Assembly: GCA_964106915.2 (NCBI GenBank)
Contig: OZ066928.1
Length of the DNA: 51,829 bases
Reading direction: 5' to 3' (one strand)
Source of the DNA: Podarcis gaigeae
Lineage: Eukaryota
Notes under the pieces: generated by a model
The model's database searches: none
What the model saw: only the letters and a program-made list of their open reading frames with translations
Told to the model about the DNA's origin: nothing
Made by a program: the position numbers and the translations under genes
Part shown: piece after piece, positions 11,491-23,988 of the stretch
Numbering within the stretch: the first letter of the stretch is position 1
Layout: each line of letters opens with the position of its first letter

Positions 11491-12660
11491 GCATTGCACT
11501 GGCTACTCAGTTTGCCTATAGACTGTAAGGTTCTTTGTTCTGCACATAACTTTTAATCATTTAAGTGACATATGAATTTTACTGAAAGTCAGTTGGGCTT
11601 GTCTACCATTGTTGCTCTTAAAAATCCCACCAACTGAGTTCAGTGCAATTATGCAATGGAAACACATTAGTATCTCCTGCTGCAATTATTAAGTGTGATT
11701 ACCCTGGCTTGCCTTGGGTTGCTGTATAGTTTACTTTTTATTTTTCACCCAGGGCATGTCTTTCTGAATCTAGGTGATTCTCTTTGTATGCTTTTTGCAT
11801 GATGACAGCTGCATAATGGAGGCAGGAGAAGAGCAGGAGCCTGAATTGAAGGGTTATTTTCTAGTCTAGAAAAGAAAATTGCGATAGAAAATTGCATATG
11901 TTGTAGAACTACTCTGTATCCTTGCCAAATCAAGGCTTCTTGCTTTCCCTCATTTGTCATGGTGTATTTTTTGGGTTTTTCCCCCAGCATGGATTCAGCT
12001 GGCCCAGACTCTGCTGGACTTCCCAGTAGGATGATGTAGGCATTATCAGCCTGAAGCAATCCCATTGTCAGGACAGCTTTGGCTGATACTCATTGTGAAA
12101 TTCTTTTCTGTTAATTTAATCAGGAGCACTGGAAAGAAATCAGTGCCTCAGGCATGATCTCACAGTGGCCTCTAATACCAATTTAAGTCATTTCCAACTG
12201 GTAGATGAAAGAGGCTACTGACATACAGCTTTTCCTCCCCCTTCCCATTTATTAAACTGTTCTCTTAAACCTCAAAGTGAGGTCAATTCTGCAGCTCCTG
12301 TGCATTTACACTGATGTGCCAGCTACTGTGCAATTCAGATACTTGCCCACAGCCTACACATATATGGATATAACTAGAGGCTGTTGCCCTGCTCATGTTG
12401 CTCATCAGCTTCATGCTGCTCTGTGACTTCATGCAAACCCAGGACTTTGATGCAGTAGTACATATCCTCCAATGGGAGCTGAGTGGTGACAGCCTTACAT
12501 TTTTATGTATATTGGAAGACACAGTGCTTTTTCTGGGGATACACAGGGGTACGTATACACATTTTGTGAATCTTTGTACTTTTGTCCATTTACTGTATTT
12601 ATTTTTCCTGATTTGAACTATAAAATGATGATTTCATTGAGTCAAAATGAGAGGACCCCT

Positions 12661-12661
<1 letters not shown>

Positions 12662-12700
<39 letters not shown>
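12662..12700. repeat. (AC)n microsatellite
   Basis: Perfect AC run. Confidence 0.98.
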
Positions 12701-12707
<7 letters not shown>

Positions 12708-12759
12708 GCACTGGGAAGACATAATAATTACTTTGCTGGATCAAACCAAGATGCATCTA

Positions 12760-13196
12760 GATCAAAATCATTTTGCCTTTATATACATATCTAATTCACA
12801 CTTTTTGAAAGAAGATGCAAACTGAAATACAGCCATCCTTCAAAATTCACTCTTCTTCAGATTTTGCAGTGTAGTCAGGTAACATGTACAAAAATGCATA
12901 GTGTAAAGTGTGCATATAAATTCATATTTTATTGGAAATGCTGTACAAAATTGCATTATATTAGCAAACATTGCTTTGTAGAAATGTGATTATTAGGCAA
13001 AATTGCATACAAAAAATGTGTTATGTGTTAGAAGATGTATCAGGAGAAATTCACACTAAAATGCTATTGAATTTTCATAAGGACTTTCTTTTTCTTTTTT
13101 AAATGCAAACATATCTGAAAATGTGGAAAACTGAACGTAAGTTTAGGAAAAGGAGAAACTGAGAGCAACCAACATTGACATTTTTGGCCATCCCTA
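12760..13196 (+). mobile_element. hAT-Ac-type MITE (TAGGGATG...CATCCCTA family), 5' end eroded
   Basis: Colinear with 39658-40099 and 46277-46704 (acagccatccttcaaaattcacac, aaaatgcata, aaattcacactaaa); ends in catcccta. Confidence 0.75.
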
Positions 13197-13254
13197 TTGT
13201 AGGCAAACTTTCCATTTCCAGCAGTGGCCCGGCCAGATGGAATTTTCTGCCCCA

Positions 13255-13477
13255 AAAATCTGCCTTATGATGATTCAAATCATTGGTTTACCTAGCTCAG
13301 TACTGCTGACACTGACTGGCAGCATCTCTCCAGCGTTTCAGACAGGGACTCTTCCAGCCTTACCTCTAGGTTGAAACTGCAACCTGCTGAATGCAAAGTA
13401 GATGCTCTGCCACTGATCTAGGACTGTTATCTGAGGGGCCATAGCTCCATGACAGAAAGTCTGATGTGCAGGCAGAA
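13255..13477 (-). mobile_element. tRNA(Ala)-derived SINE (-, 13255-13425) plus head fragment of a second copy (+, 13434-13477)
   Basis: tgcaaagtagatgctctgccactga on +, followed by aggggccatagctc in the opposite orientation. Confidence 0.7.
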
Positions 13478-13724
13478 AATTGTTTTTGCACATTTTTGTA
13501 TATTATTTTCACTAATATGGTATATACATTTTATGCACAGCTCATTTACCCTAGTATATGCATTTTTCTTCACATTACTTGCCCAGAGAAATAAACTTGC
13601 ACTTGCTTGCACTGCAAAACGTGGGAAAATGTTAATTTTGAAGGTATTGTATTGTTCTGGAAAGTGTAGATTAGATTGGTACACTTTAAAATGCAATCTG
13701 AATCTAATACCTCCCCCATCCCTA
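13478..13724 (-). mobile_element. hAT-Ac-type MITE (TAGGGATG family), 5' half
   Basis: Ends in ctcccccatcccta (TAGGGATGGGGGAG on the minus strand). Interior is the reverse complement of the family body. Confidence 0.7.
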
Positions 13725-14035
13725 TTGTTATGATCCAGCAGGGCTCTATTTATTCCCTTGTGATTTCTTGGTGGGCTTTAGCGGTTGCCTAGATGGAATC
13801 TGATGCAGATTCTTTTTTGGGTTGGGGTGCCTCATGGACATGTTGGCTTTTGCAACTTTCAGGCAACCCATCTCCTTTCCCATTTCTCACCTCCTGATGT
13901 TGCAGGAAGCCTTGTGTCTTGCTGTGAGTGGAGTGTGTGATTTAGCCAAGCATTCTTAACTTTGGAGACTGTGAAAGCAAAAAGAATAGGATTTTGGTAG
14001 CTTTTAGTGTGCTTGAAATGTTTTCCTTCTTTGTA

Positions 14036-14261
14036 CAGCGGTACCTCGGGTTACAGACGCTTTGGGTTACAAACTCCACTAACCAGAAAGTGGTTGCTCC
14101 AGGTTAAGGACTTTGCCCCAGGATAAGAATGGAAATCACACAACAGTGGTGCAGCGGCAGTGGGAGGCCCCATTAGCTAAAGTACGCCTCAGGTTAAGAA
14201 CCGTTTCAGGTTAAGAACAGACCTCTGGAATGAATTAAGTTCTTAACCTGAGCTACCACTG
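14036..14261. mobile_element. Tc1/mariner Tigger-like MITE
   Basis: TA|CAGCGGTACCTCGGGTTA...TAACCTGAGCTACCACTG|TA; TA TSD; internal ggttaagaac repeats. Confidence 0.9.
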
Positions 14262-14809
14262 TAAATGGAAATGATATTGCAATAAAGAAACACTGAGAAA
14301 CTTTTTCTTATGGAACTGGAGAATCAGCCGCCCTGTTTTTTTTGTTTTTGTTTTTTACAAAGTGCTCAGTGTCTCTGTAGCCTCCTTCGATTTCAGCTGA
14401 ATTTGTGAGTAAGCAACACTTCCAAAAGATTAGGCCATTTGCCTGTTTCCATCAGCCTGTTAAAATGCATATTAGATCTCCCTTTAAATTATTTAAAGGA
14501 AAGGTGAATCAGAGGATGAATTCAACAAGTAGTACCCATTCCTCACTGTGCAAAGGAAGAACTATTTTTGGGCATTTTTGCCAAAGTTTCAGGAGGACGG
14601 AAAAGCAAAACATGTTCAAGTAGCAGAAACTAATGGCTGAATCACCCCAAGAATTTTGAGCAGAGATTTCATAAACTGTGTGCCTCAAGGAGAAAATAAA
14701 TTCAGTGGACCATCTACCCACAGAAGAGGCTGCATGATTCTACTTAGCACCCACCGACTGGATGGGGAATTCTACCTTGAGATACCACTGGAGTAGTCAA
14801 TCACTCCTA

Positions 14810-15030
14810 AAGTGGAGGCTAGTCCATCAGCATCAATGTCACCCCTTAACTGCCTGTTTTCTGAGTCATCCACAGGATGACAATGGCGGTCAGCCTCCTG
14901 CTCCTTCGTTTCGGTGTGGCATTTTTAGGACTCAGCAGTGAGGAGGATAGGGACAAAACTAGAATTAGTTGGTTCTGCCTGGTGTTGGTTCTAGCTCCAT
15001 TGACCATTCATCTACTTCATTTGTAGGCCA
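14810..15030 (-). mobile_element. Copy of the GAGCCAATG-motif MITE family
   Basis: gaggaggatagggacaaaactagaattagttggttctgc is the reverse complement of about 3420-3460. Confidence 0.65.
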
Positions 15031-15110
15031 ACTCTAGTGGCCCCAGACAGCTGTGGTGATGATCTAACAGAATTGCCACCCCCAGAAGAGGGTGATCATT
15101 GAATCTCTTT

Positions 15111-15270
15111 AGGTTTGTTCACACGTTACAATGAAGACAAGCACAAGCTTGTGCACATGCCCCAAGTGTTTGTACAGAGGGGTGTATAATTGTACAGCAT
15201 AATTGTTGTCAGCTACTGTGTGCGCACATTCAAGACTGCACGCTTGTTGGATGTTACATGTGGATAACTG
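15111..15270. mobile_element. Possible PIF/Harbinger-type MITE relic
   Basis: aggtttgttcacacgttaca...tgttacatgtggataact imperfect inverted ends. Confidence 0.35.
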
Positions 15271-16164
15271 CGAGTATACAGCTCAGCTATTTGGGTGCAC
15301 AGATGCACACTCATTTAAACACCCTTTTTGTGATTCTGGGTTCTAAAGCTGCCTCTTTCCAGTTGAGAGATGTGTCCACAGAAGAGTGACTCTTTCGGAA
15401 TATAAGGAGTGGGCTTTACCCACAAAGGGTAATTCTTATTCTTAAGAAGCCTTTAAGCAAATTTCCAGGGAAGGGAGTGTATGAATGGCGAGGAACCTAT
15501 GGTTTTAGCTGTGAGGAGGTGGCAACTTTGCTCTGAAATGTTTGAGAAACATTGATTTTGGATTTACTGAAGGTTTATGCATGTATTTATTTAAAGCATT
15601 TGCAGCTTCCCTTTTATATAAACAGCTCTAGAGGGCTAACAACACTCATTCGTAGCCCAAGGAAACCAAAGGACATTGCAGGTGAAGTTCTATGGCATGT
15701 CCTAATTGGTATTCTGTGTGAAGGAATCCATCCATAAGCATACTTATTAAGATGAAAATAGAGTTAAGTACTGCTTTTTGGTATTTAATGAATCACAGCA
15801 CTCCTAAGCAAGCCTTCTGCTTTGTTGTTGTGTGCAAATGGGAAACATACCTTTAGGGACTCTTCCTCAATTTGAACAAAGAGCCGGGAGTGACACAAAC
15901 ACTCAGGCTGCTACAAGTGCTGGCACAAAGTATTCCCATGAGGGCTGCCTTATGAGTCAGCACCCCATGGCAGGTGCCCAAGGCAGCACTTTTGCTGTAG
16001 CAGCAGATGGACGTGGCTTCCCCCTCTTGCAAAAAACCTCAGTGTGTATGTGTGCCTCTATTGCTCAAAGATAGCAGAGCAGAGGGATGGAAGGACAGAA
16101 GAATTTGCTATAAGGAAGGATCAAGCAAGGGACAAGGGGTGGTAGAAGGAGAAGGAGAGATGTG

Positions 16165-16315
16165 TGGAATGTAACTAGAGGAAGGTGACCAAGATGATGA
16201 AGCTGGGCTCTGGAGACCAAGTCTTAGGAAGGAGAACTGAAGGAACTGGATATGTTTTTAGCTTTGGAAAAGAGGCACTAAATGGGTATTGAGAAGCATC
16301 TTCAAATATTTCAAT
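16165..16315 (+). mobile_element. Old CR1 ORF2 fragment
   Basis: Degenerate match to [43 protein letters not shown], homologous to the younger CR1 at 24076-24540. Confidence 0.75.
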
Positions 16316-17915
16316 AATATTTAGCATCATTTCTGTTGTATGTACTGTGCCTGTGTGTGTTACACACACACACAATCTCAGTCACTCACATACATTTATC
16401 TATTGTAAACTGCTTCAAGATCTCCAGTTAGTCTATAAATGACAATAATGATGCTGCTGCTCTTTGGATGAAGGACAGTATACAAATTCAACTAACAACA
16501 ACAACAACAATTCAAAAGCCATTTAGTCCTATGCAGAGGCAATAAAGCACTGCATTTGCAGGCAGGATTGCAGTGGTGGAAATTCCAGAAATATATATAT
16601 ATTCAGCTCGCTGCTGTCCACTTGACGCTGTTAAGCTGGCCATCAACAATTAAAAATCATTTAATAACCACTTTGATACATGCTCTTTAGAGTGATTCAT
16701 TTCACCTTCATTTCACTTTCACAATTCTTTCCCTCCCCACCTCTCTCTCCTCTCTTTTTAATAATCTCTAAATGGAATCGTAGGAAACTGATTGAAGATA
16801 AATGTCAGAAAAGATATAATGAGCTCCTAACAAGTGTGTGGCTCTATTTGCTGTGCACTCAAAAGTCTATTGGAGCAAAGTTTTCTTAAAAGCTTTGAGT
16901 CAAATTGAACTTGCTTCCATTTTTAGAACGCTCTTAACTTTTTATTTAGGAGAGAGGGAGGTAGATGTTAATGGATAACAGGATTTTATTTTTATACAAT
17001 AGTTTTCAGAGTGGGCTCACTTATGGGCATTTGTGAGCATTGTCAAACTTTAATTATTTGACTTTTCTGGCCAGCAAGACCTTGTATTGGTGGTGCAAAT
17101 AGATCCCTAGGGAACGGAGTGAAGAAAGAGATGGACCATGGAATGTAGTCCAGTTAGCGGCTTTTGCAGTTACTGGCTGAGATGCACCAAGTCAGAGTGG
17201 GTTCTTTCCACATGAAGAAGGATGTGAAGGACCACCCCACTACTCTCTGTGCATCTATCCTTGGTGGGTATAGGATCAGCAACCCAGTTAGCAGGGCTTG
17301 CTGGTGGAGAATGATTGGGAGACAAGCCTGCAGCCAGACAAGACTTGCCAATTCTCCTCCCTGCAGTGTGGCCTGATAAAACAGATAAGGAACATCTGGG
17401 GAGAGATTCACTGGTTGACAGTGTGGCTTCAGAGTTCCTTATAACTGAGGAGGAAGGAAATGGATAGGGCAGAAAGGATCTGCCAGAAGTTCTGGTTGAG
17501 CCAAAGCTCAGCATGAGAGAGGGTCTAGAAGGAATTTGAGGGACTGACAGGCCACAGGGGAAAGTGGCACTCCAACAATTTGCTGCTGAAGTATATGGGG
17601 TAGTGTGTGATGTAACATCCTGTCCCCAACAAAGAACTGTAATCTGAACAACCCAGTGGTTGTGGCTGTGCAGGAAGAGAGGTTCTGGGGACACGCACAC
17701 AAACACATTTTTTGTGTAAGTATTTCCTTACATATCTAGGTCTTGAAGTAGCAGTTACAGTAGCAAAATGAAGGCAGGTTTATAAAAACTATCTAAGTTA
17801 CAAAAGTACAAATATCTAATTTCAAAATGTTGTCTGAGCTGCAGAGCTCAGACACACATGTGTGGTCAGCTTGGAGGCATGATGAAGAAAGTGAGACCTA
17901 GATAGGAAGAAAGTA

Positions 17916-18173
17916 CAGTGGTACCTCTGGATGCGAATGGGATCCGTTTCAGAGCCCCGTTCGCATCCTGAAGTGAACGTAACACGCGTCTGCGCGTCTG
18001 CGCGTGTGCAGGCCATGTTTTGCCGCTTCCGTGCATGTGTGTGACGTCATTTTGAGCATCTGCACATGCACAAGTGGCAAAACCCAGAAGTAATGCACTC
18101 TGTTACTTCCGGGTCACCGCAGAGCGCAACCCCAAAATGCTTAACCTGAAGTGTATTCATCCCAAGGAATGTG
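17916..18173. mobile_element. Tc1/mariner Tigger-like MITE (second subfamily)
   Basis: TA|CAGTGGTACCTC left TIR; degenerate right end cccaaggaatgtg|ta; CpG-rich interior. Confidence 0.8.
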
Positions 18174-19468
18174 TAGTATTATAGCTTCCTCCTAAGGCAG
18201 ATAAAGGAAGTGATCTCACAGAGTTCTCTGTAGCAAATTTTACAAGGAAAGTTCTTTGAGCCTCAGACTCTTCATGTGCCTATCTAGCAAAACATGAATT
18301 ATTGGCTTTGACTGTAATAATGTCCCACACTGATGAGGGTGTGAGGCCTGGGCAGGTTCCCAAGGGCCTGATAGAGAGGTTTGGAGGACCAGATTTGGTC
18401 TCTAACTCTTGTGCTAACTGTTCATCTGTACTTCTAGAAGTTTCACTGGCTGCTAGCCCACTATTGCCTCTTCCTGCTTCCAGACTCCTTGCTAGCCAAC
18501 TGCACCAACTTCTGGCTACCTGCAGCCTCTCTAGCTGCTGCAACATTTCCCTGCCAGTACTCAGCATATCTTTAAGTTTTATGGAAAGTCTTGCTGTTTC
18601 CATTGAACTTGGCTGGCCTTTTAGCATGGCCCCATCCTACTTTACACCAGCTGAGGATCGGCCACAGGAGCCCTTTTCCCCAAACGGTCGCTGTCATCGT
18701 TTTTGTCATTGTTCTGCCTTTGATGATGTTTTTCCGCAGTGACATTAAAAAACAAGAAGAAGATTTTGCCAATTTATTTACTCACTGTGTCTGGTGGGGA
18801 TTATATAAGATACTTTCAGCCGGGATGTTGTCTTTTCCCTTACTATCTCCAAAACAGGATGGCTTTTGATCTTTCTTGATTGTTACTTGTGTTCAGTGAA
18901 GCAAATGGAACTGTCTAGTGGTTATGTGCCGAGCAGGGGAGTTAAATAGAAATATTTAGATGGGGGTAGGTAGAATTGAAAAACAGATTGGAAGAAAAGT
19001 TGCAGGCTGTTTACAGTTGAAGAAGCAAAACATCTCATTGTTTGTATGTGTGCTTGATAGGTGGCATAACTTAAGGCCACCTTGATAAGTGTCATATCAC
19101 AGTACCAGTATGTCTAATATGGCCATTGCAATATCATAACACCCACATTATTCAAAAAGCACACTCATAAATGCTGAGAGGTTGTGGCAGGAAATGAAAT
19201 CCAGAAAAGTACGGTAGATTAAACACCATGTCAACAGCCCTGAAATTAAAAGATAAAGGGCAGTATGCTTATTTAATAAAATTTAATAAAATTATTGTAT
19301 ATTCCCAGGAGTACTAAGTTTGACTGTAATTGTTCTGATGGCCTGAGAGCCTTCAACATCTCTTATCTGGCAACCAATGTGGAGCTTCTTTCTTTGTTTC
19401 ACTCTCCCTTTTCCTTACTCCCTGACATGTGAAACTGTGCTATGATACCTTTGCAGTCACCAGCACTC

Positions 19469-19685
19469 AGTGGTGGCTGGGACTGATGTTGTGTAAGGTA
19501 GGAGGCCAACAGTAGGTGGGGCTAGAGCCAATGTGCTCCATCCTCCTTCTAAGTTCTACAAAGTTCTACAAAGACAACACAGGGACTGAGGAAGAGCATG
19601 TGGACAGCCAGTGCCACCCCTTGGACTAGTAAGGAGGCAAATGGGGGCTTCCTGAAAATAGACTAAGGTTGGTGGGCCAGTGGTT
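19469..19685 (+). mobile_element. Copy of the GAGCCAATG-motif MITE family
   Basis: cagtggtggctgg start; ggaggccaacagtaggtggggctagagccaatg aligns to about 3361-3395. Confidence 0.65.
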
Positions 19686-19880
19686 ATAGCTGTGTTCTCT
19701 CCACACTGTTGGAGAGAGTATCAGCCCTAGAGTCAGAGCATTTTTTGTGTGGGGGAAGCACAAGGTGCCAACCAATTCCCCATTCTCCAGAGGGAGAAGA
19801 TGCAAAGTCCAACCCAAGGAAAGGGAAAGACAGGGGCCTTTCCCACCCCCATACAGAAAGTGTGTTAACTTGACATTTAC

Positions 19881-20091
19881 TAGGGCTGCCACATGTATGG
19901 AATTTCCCAAACATTACTGGGATTTCAAAGGTGGAATTGATGTCCGGGGAGAATTTATGAAAGGTGGCACTTTCTCCTGGATCTTAGGCAAGTCAACAGA
20001 AAAATCATGGTTGGGGGGGGCAATTTTGTAAAGGAAAAGCTCAACAACTTTGGGGTGTCCTGGTTTTTACTTAATGAAATATGGCAACCCT
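19881..20091. mobile_element. hAT-Blackjack-type MITE
   Basis: tagggctgcca / tggcaaccct termini; 8-bp TSD acatttac / acgtttac. Confidence 0.8.
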
Positions 20092-21457
20092 ACGTTTACA
20101 TTGCCCTTTATATAAGTTAACAGAAGAATAAGTATGTATGGTAGGAATGAAATGACTGGCATTTTTTTGTTTCTTAAGAAAGGAATGTTAAGGATACAGC
20201 AAACAAGGCGATACCAAAACATGCACCAAAAGTTTCTTTTTCATGCCACGTAAACATTACTGAAACATGAACCATGTTTGTGAAACCCTCTTGATTTTTC
20301 AAATGCCTTCTTCTAGTCTTTGAAACCTCTCGAAGTAAAGACATCTTATTTTTACAAATTTGGCTGGAGGTTTAGACAAGCATAGACAGAAACTGTATCA
20401 GCTGGTAGAGAATATTCTAACCATTCATAATTTTGAAACCATTCTTGTTGGAAATTACAACCCCACACTGTTTTCTGGGTATGAATGAAGTTAAATATGT
20501 TGAATTGTCTCACCCCTTATGAGAGATCCTCAGGAATACCAGTCTCAAAAGTTTAACTTTGCCTTTAGCTCCAGTTCTCTTTCACCTGTGGTCTGTCCTG
20601 CATTCTGATTCATCACGAACTGAATTACTTTGGTAATGACAGTGAGCTTCTGAGGTTGGCTTTGATGCTGGGTTAGTTACCTCAGGTTTAAATTCCACTT
20701 GAAAAACAAACTCGTCTATATTCCAAGTTTAGGGAAGGACATGTGGATAGCAACTGGAATTTTTTAAACTGGTTGCTGAGTCGATTTCTATGTCTAGAAA
20801 CCCTAAAAAGGTCTCATGTTGAGCTGCAAAGATTAGGAAAATAAAAAATAGGCCTTTGTTACAGCCTAGGTTTCTAGTCTGTCAGCTATCCATAGTGTGC
20901 ACAGCAGTGTTTCTGTTCCCCTACAGCTGTTTTCATCTTTCCCCATCAAGTACTTAAGAAAGAGAAGAAAAATAGCCACTATAATTTGAATGTAGTGAGT
21001 GTTTCAAAAGAGTAACAGGTAAATAGTAGGGTTGTTCCCCCCCCCCCAGATCACTTTAACTCTTTATCTCACCTTTTAGCAGTAACCCTGCAATGCTGCT
21101 CTGCTAATTGTAATAACTGCAGAATAAACAAACTCTTCTCGCTGCAGGCAAACAAGCATGCATCTTGATTGCAGGCTGCATTGAGAGCAAAAACTGAAAC
21201 TGAAAAGCAGAGCAAAGGAAGGTTGAATGGGTGGAGTCTTAACTCTAGCCCATAATACAAAGTTCTAACATTTAACTCTACAGGCTGTGTTTTTTGTTTT
21301 TTTCCCAGGATCACTAAATTATAAGAGGGTGATTGTGATCACGAAAAATCCACCCTCTGTCAGGGAAAGTATTGAGTGAGCAGACTTTTGGAGGATCTCC
21401 CAAATGAAGTTTTGTAGGGCCCTATTCTAAAATTGTTCCCCCCCCCCACATACATAT

Positions 21458-21682
21458 TTGTTGTTGTTTAGTCATGTCCGATTCTTCGTGATCTTCCACT
21501 GCCTCCCGCAGCTTGGTCAAACTCATGTTGTTAGCTTCGAGAACACTGCCCAACCACTTCGTCCTCTGTCGTCCCCTTCTCCTTGTGCCCTCCATCTTTC
21601 CCAACATCAGGGTCTTTTCCAGGGAGTCTTCTCTTCTCATGAGGTGGCCAATGTATTGGAGCCTCAGCTTCACGATCTGTCC
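21458..21682 (-). mobile_element. BovB (RTE) LINE 3' fragment
   Basis: KLRLQYIGHLMRREDSLEKTLMLGKMEGTRRRGRQR, then a (CAA)n tail. About 30 nt are deleted relative to the 29745 copy. Confidence 0.95.
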
Positions 21683-21754
21683 ATATATATATATATAACA
21701 GGAACAATTTTAGAATACACACACACATATAGACACTGGGCAAAGTCTAGGAGC

Positions 21755-21918
21755 TTGCAGTATTCCTCTGAATACCAGCTGCTGGCAGTCCAAGGTGGGG
21801 GCAGAACTGTTGCACTGAGGTCCTCTTTGTGGACTTCCCATAGGCATCTGGTTGACCACTGCAAGAAGAGGATGCTGGTCTGGGGCCCCCTTTGGCCTAA
21901 TCCAGCAGGGGTCTTCTT
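21755..21918 (+). mobile_element. CR1 3' UTR fragment
   Basis: gcatctggttgaccactgcaagaagaggatgctgg...ttggcctaatccagcagggg; same family as 35150-35282 and 37497-37752. Confidence 0.75.
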
Positions 21919-21998
21919 TTGTTGTTGCTGTTTTTACAATTATTATTACACTTTTTTTCCCCCTGACACGACTCAAGGCATCTTACCTATACAAATAA

Positions 21999-22352
21999 AG
22001 GTACCCCTGCCCGTACGGACCAGTCTTGACAGACTCTAGGGTTGTGCGCTCATCTCACTCTAGAGTCCGGGAGCCAGCGATGTCCACAGACACTTCCTGG
22101 TCACATGGCCAGCGTGATGACGCTGCTCTGGCGAACCGGCACCAGAGCAGCACACGGAAACGCCGTTTACCTTCCCGCTCTAAAGCGGTACCTATTTACC
22201 TACTTGCACTTAAGGGTGCTTTCGAACTGCTAGGTGGGCAGGAGCTGGGACCAAATGATGGGAGCTCACCCCGCCGTGGGGATTCGAACCCCAACCACGC
22301 GATCGGCAAGTCCTAGGCGCTGAGGTTTTACCCACAGCGCCACCCACGTCCC
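21999..22352 (-). mobile_element. Sauria SINE, divergent subfamily, full length
   Basis: Perfect 14-bp TSD acctatacaaataa at 21985-21998 and 22353-22366; Sauria head and body. Confidence 0.95.
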
Positions 22353-22561
22353 ACCTATACAAATAAGAACCGCTAAAAGCATAGAAAAAGCAACCATTGA
22401 AAATCATTATGTTGTTATGAATGAGGAGCAAGATGCCATAAGTAAGTTGTTTAACAGATATGCAGTTCCAAAAGCAACATTTGTGTATCTTCTTTTGCAT
22501 CTAAGAATCCTGAATATGCAATACCATGTGAGGGAACACATACAAATCAGATGGTTATACT

Positions 22562-22700
22562 CAGTGCTATTTTTCTAGAAAAAGAGGTGCCGGAACTCCC
22601 CATGAATGCCTCCCTTGTTCTCTTAGAATGGTAATGGCACCCACCTGAGAGGTGCTAGAACGGAGTTCCAGTGAGTTCCGACTGGGAAAAAAAAGTATTG
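22562..22700. mobile_element. hAT MITE (139 bp)
   Basis: cagtgctattttt / aaaaaaagtattg termini, internal (cc)ggaact repeats; 8-bp TSD gttatact / gttatgct. Confidence 0.85.
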
Positions 22701-23047
22701 GTTATGCTGAGATATCTTTAGCACATTCCCAGATTGATTCTGCATTCTTGGGGAAGTATTATTTGGTACCCTTGTTTCACGCACATGCGCTGCCACCAAA
22801 CTGAAATTTCATTGCAATGACATTGAGATATAAATAAAATGGGGTCATAGGGACTGGAACGACCTTCCCAAGTGTAGCCTGTGGGCTTTTCTGCATGAGA
22901 TCTTGAGTACTTAAAAGCATGACCTTTTGGCACTTGAACTCAAAGGACCAAGGGCTGGTTATCATCAAGGCTTCCCACATAATAATGAACCCAGGCATAG
23001 AATGCTTCTGCTCTCATTGGCAGAAAGACCCTGAAGTAGGGGAGAAT

Positions 23048-23202
23048 AATAGAATCATAGAATTGTAGAGCTAGAAGGCACCCTGAGGGTCATCTTGTCC
23101 AACCCCCTGCAATGCAGGAATTCTGCCCACAGCCATCCTTGGGTGGGCTTGAACCGCTAACCTTCTGGCTAATAGCCAGGCACACTGGCCCAGTGTGCCA
23201 CA
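23048..23202 (-). mobile_element. Short tRNA-head SINE with CR1 3' tail
   Basis: Reverse complement of the 4011-4165 family; agaatcatagaattgtagag tail. Confidence 0.8.
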
Positions 23203-23366
23203 GCTGTGAGTGTGTGAAGTGGAGCAAAAGGCCTTTGCAAATGTAAAACCAGAACAAGATATTTGTGCAGATGTCTTTTTCTGCTTTAGGATGGTTGGGC
23301 CTTCAGACGGTCATTTCCAAAATAAGATCTGGAGTAGGAGTTCTTGAGCCCCAAATCCACTGTAGT

Positions 23367-23551
23367 CACTGGCGGAGGAAGAGGAGTGTGTGGGGGGGAG
23401 CGCACCACCCCCGGCAGCGCGATCCCCAGGGTGCCATTGCAGCTGCCCCCCACCTGCGTTGGGCACCCCACCCCCAGAACACGCACCCCACCACAGCCCC
23501 GCCCCAGCTGTTCTCTGCCACCCGGTGCTGGAGCATGAAGCTCCGCCACTG
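23367..23551. mobile_element. GC-rich hAT MITE (185 bp)
   Basis: TIRs cactggcggag / ctccgccactg; 8-bp TSD actgtagt / actatagt. Confidence 0.85.
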
Positions 23552-23988
23552 ACTATAGTCTGTTGCTAGAACCATATCTGGGATCGGTAATGCTGTAAGC
23601 AGGAATCCCTACTCTGCTAATTAGGCAAACACAGGAGGAGAAAGGCTGCAGACGCAGGAGGAGAAAGGATGCATACCTGGCCTGACCAGCCCAAAGCATT
23701 GTCCTGCATGCTAAGCAAATGAGGTGATGTTCAGGACTGGCACCAGTACATGCCATCCTTGAATAGTTGCAGGACCCCAATGCTGATGCCTCTCATGGAC
23801 CCTTAATTCCCTGCCCCACCGGCACTCTGCAGAGTGCCAATTGCCTAGGTCTAGTCATCATTTTAGCTCACCACAATGCTCCAATCTAGCATAAATTTAC
23901 AGCATGGCTAGACCAAGTACTACTCTGCCACCAGAACCGGAAACAGTCACCAGGCTACCAGAGTACACTTTGCCCAGAGCCATCTCAA

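Noticed and set aside
11965-12100. Strong plus-strand acceptor ttttcccccag (also at about 41201)
   Set aside because: Frames close soon after and there is no convincing donor.
17170-17706. 178-aa minus-strand ORF with a possible acceptor near 17685
   Set aside because: No recognisable domain and S/P/L-rich. About one ORF of this length is expected by chance in six frames of 52 kb.
21458-22039. 193-aa plus-strand ORF (also 29783-30238 and 24020-24301)
   Set aside because: Antisense read-through of BovB and CR1 sequence.
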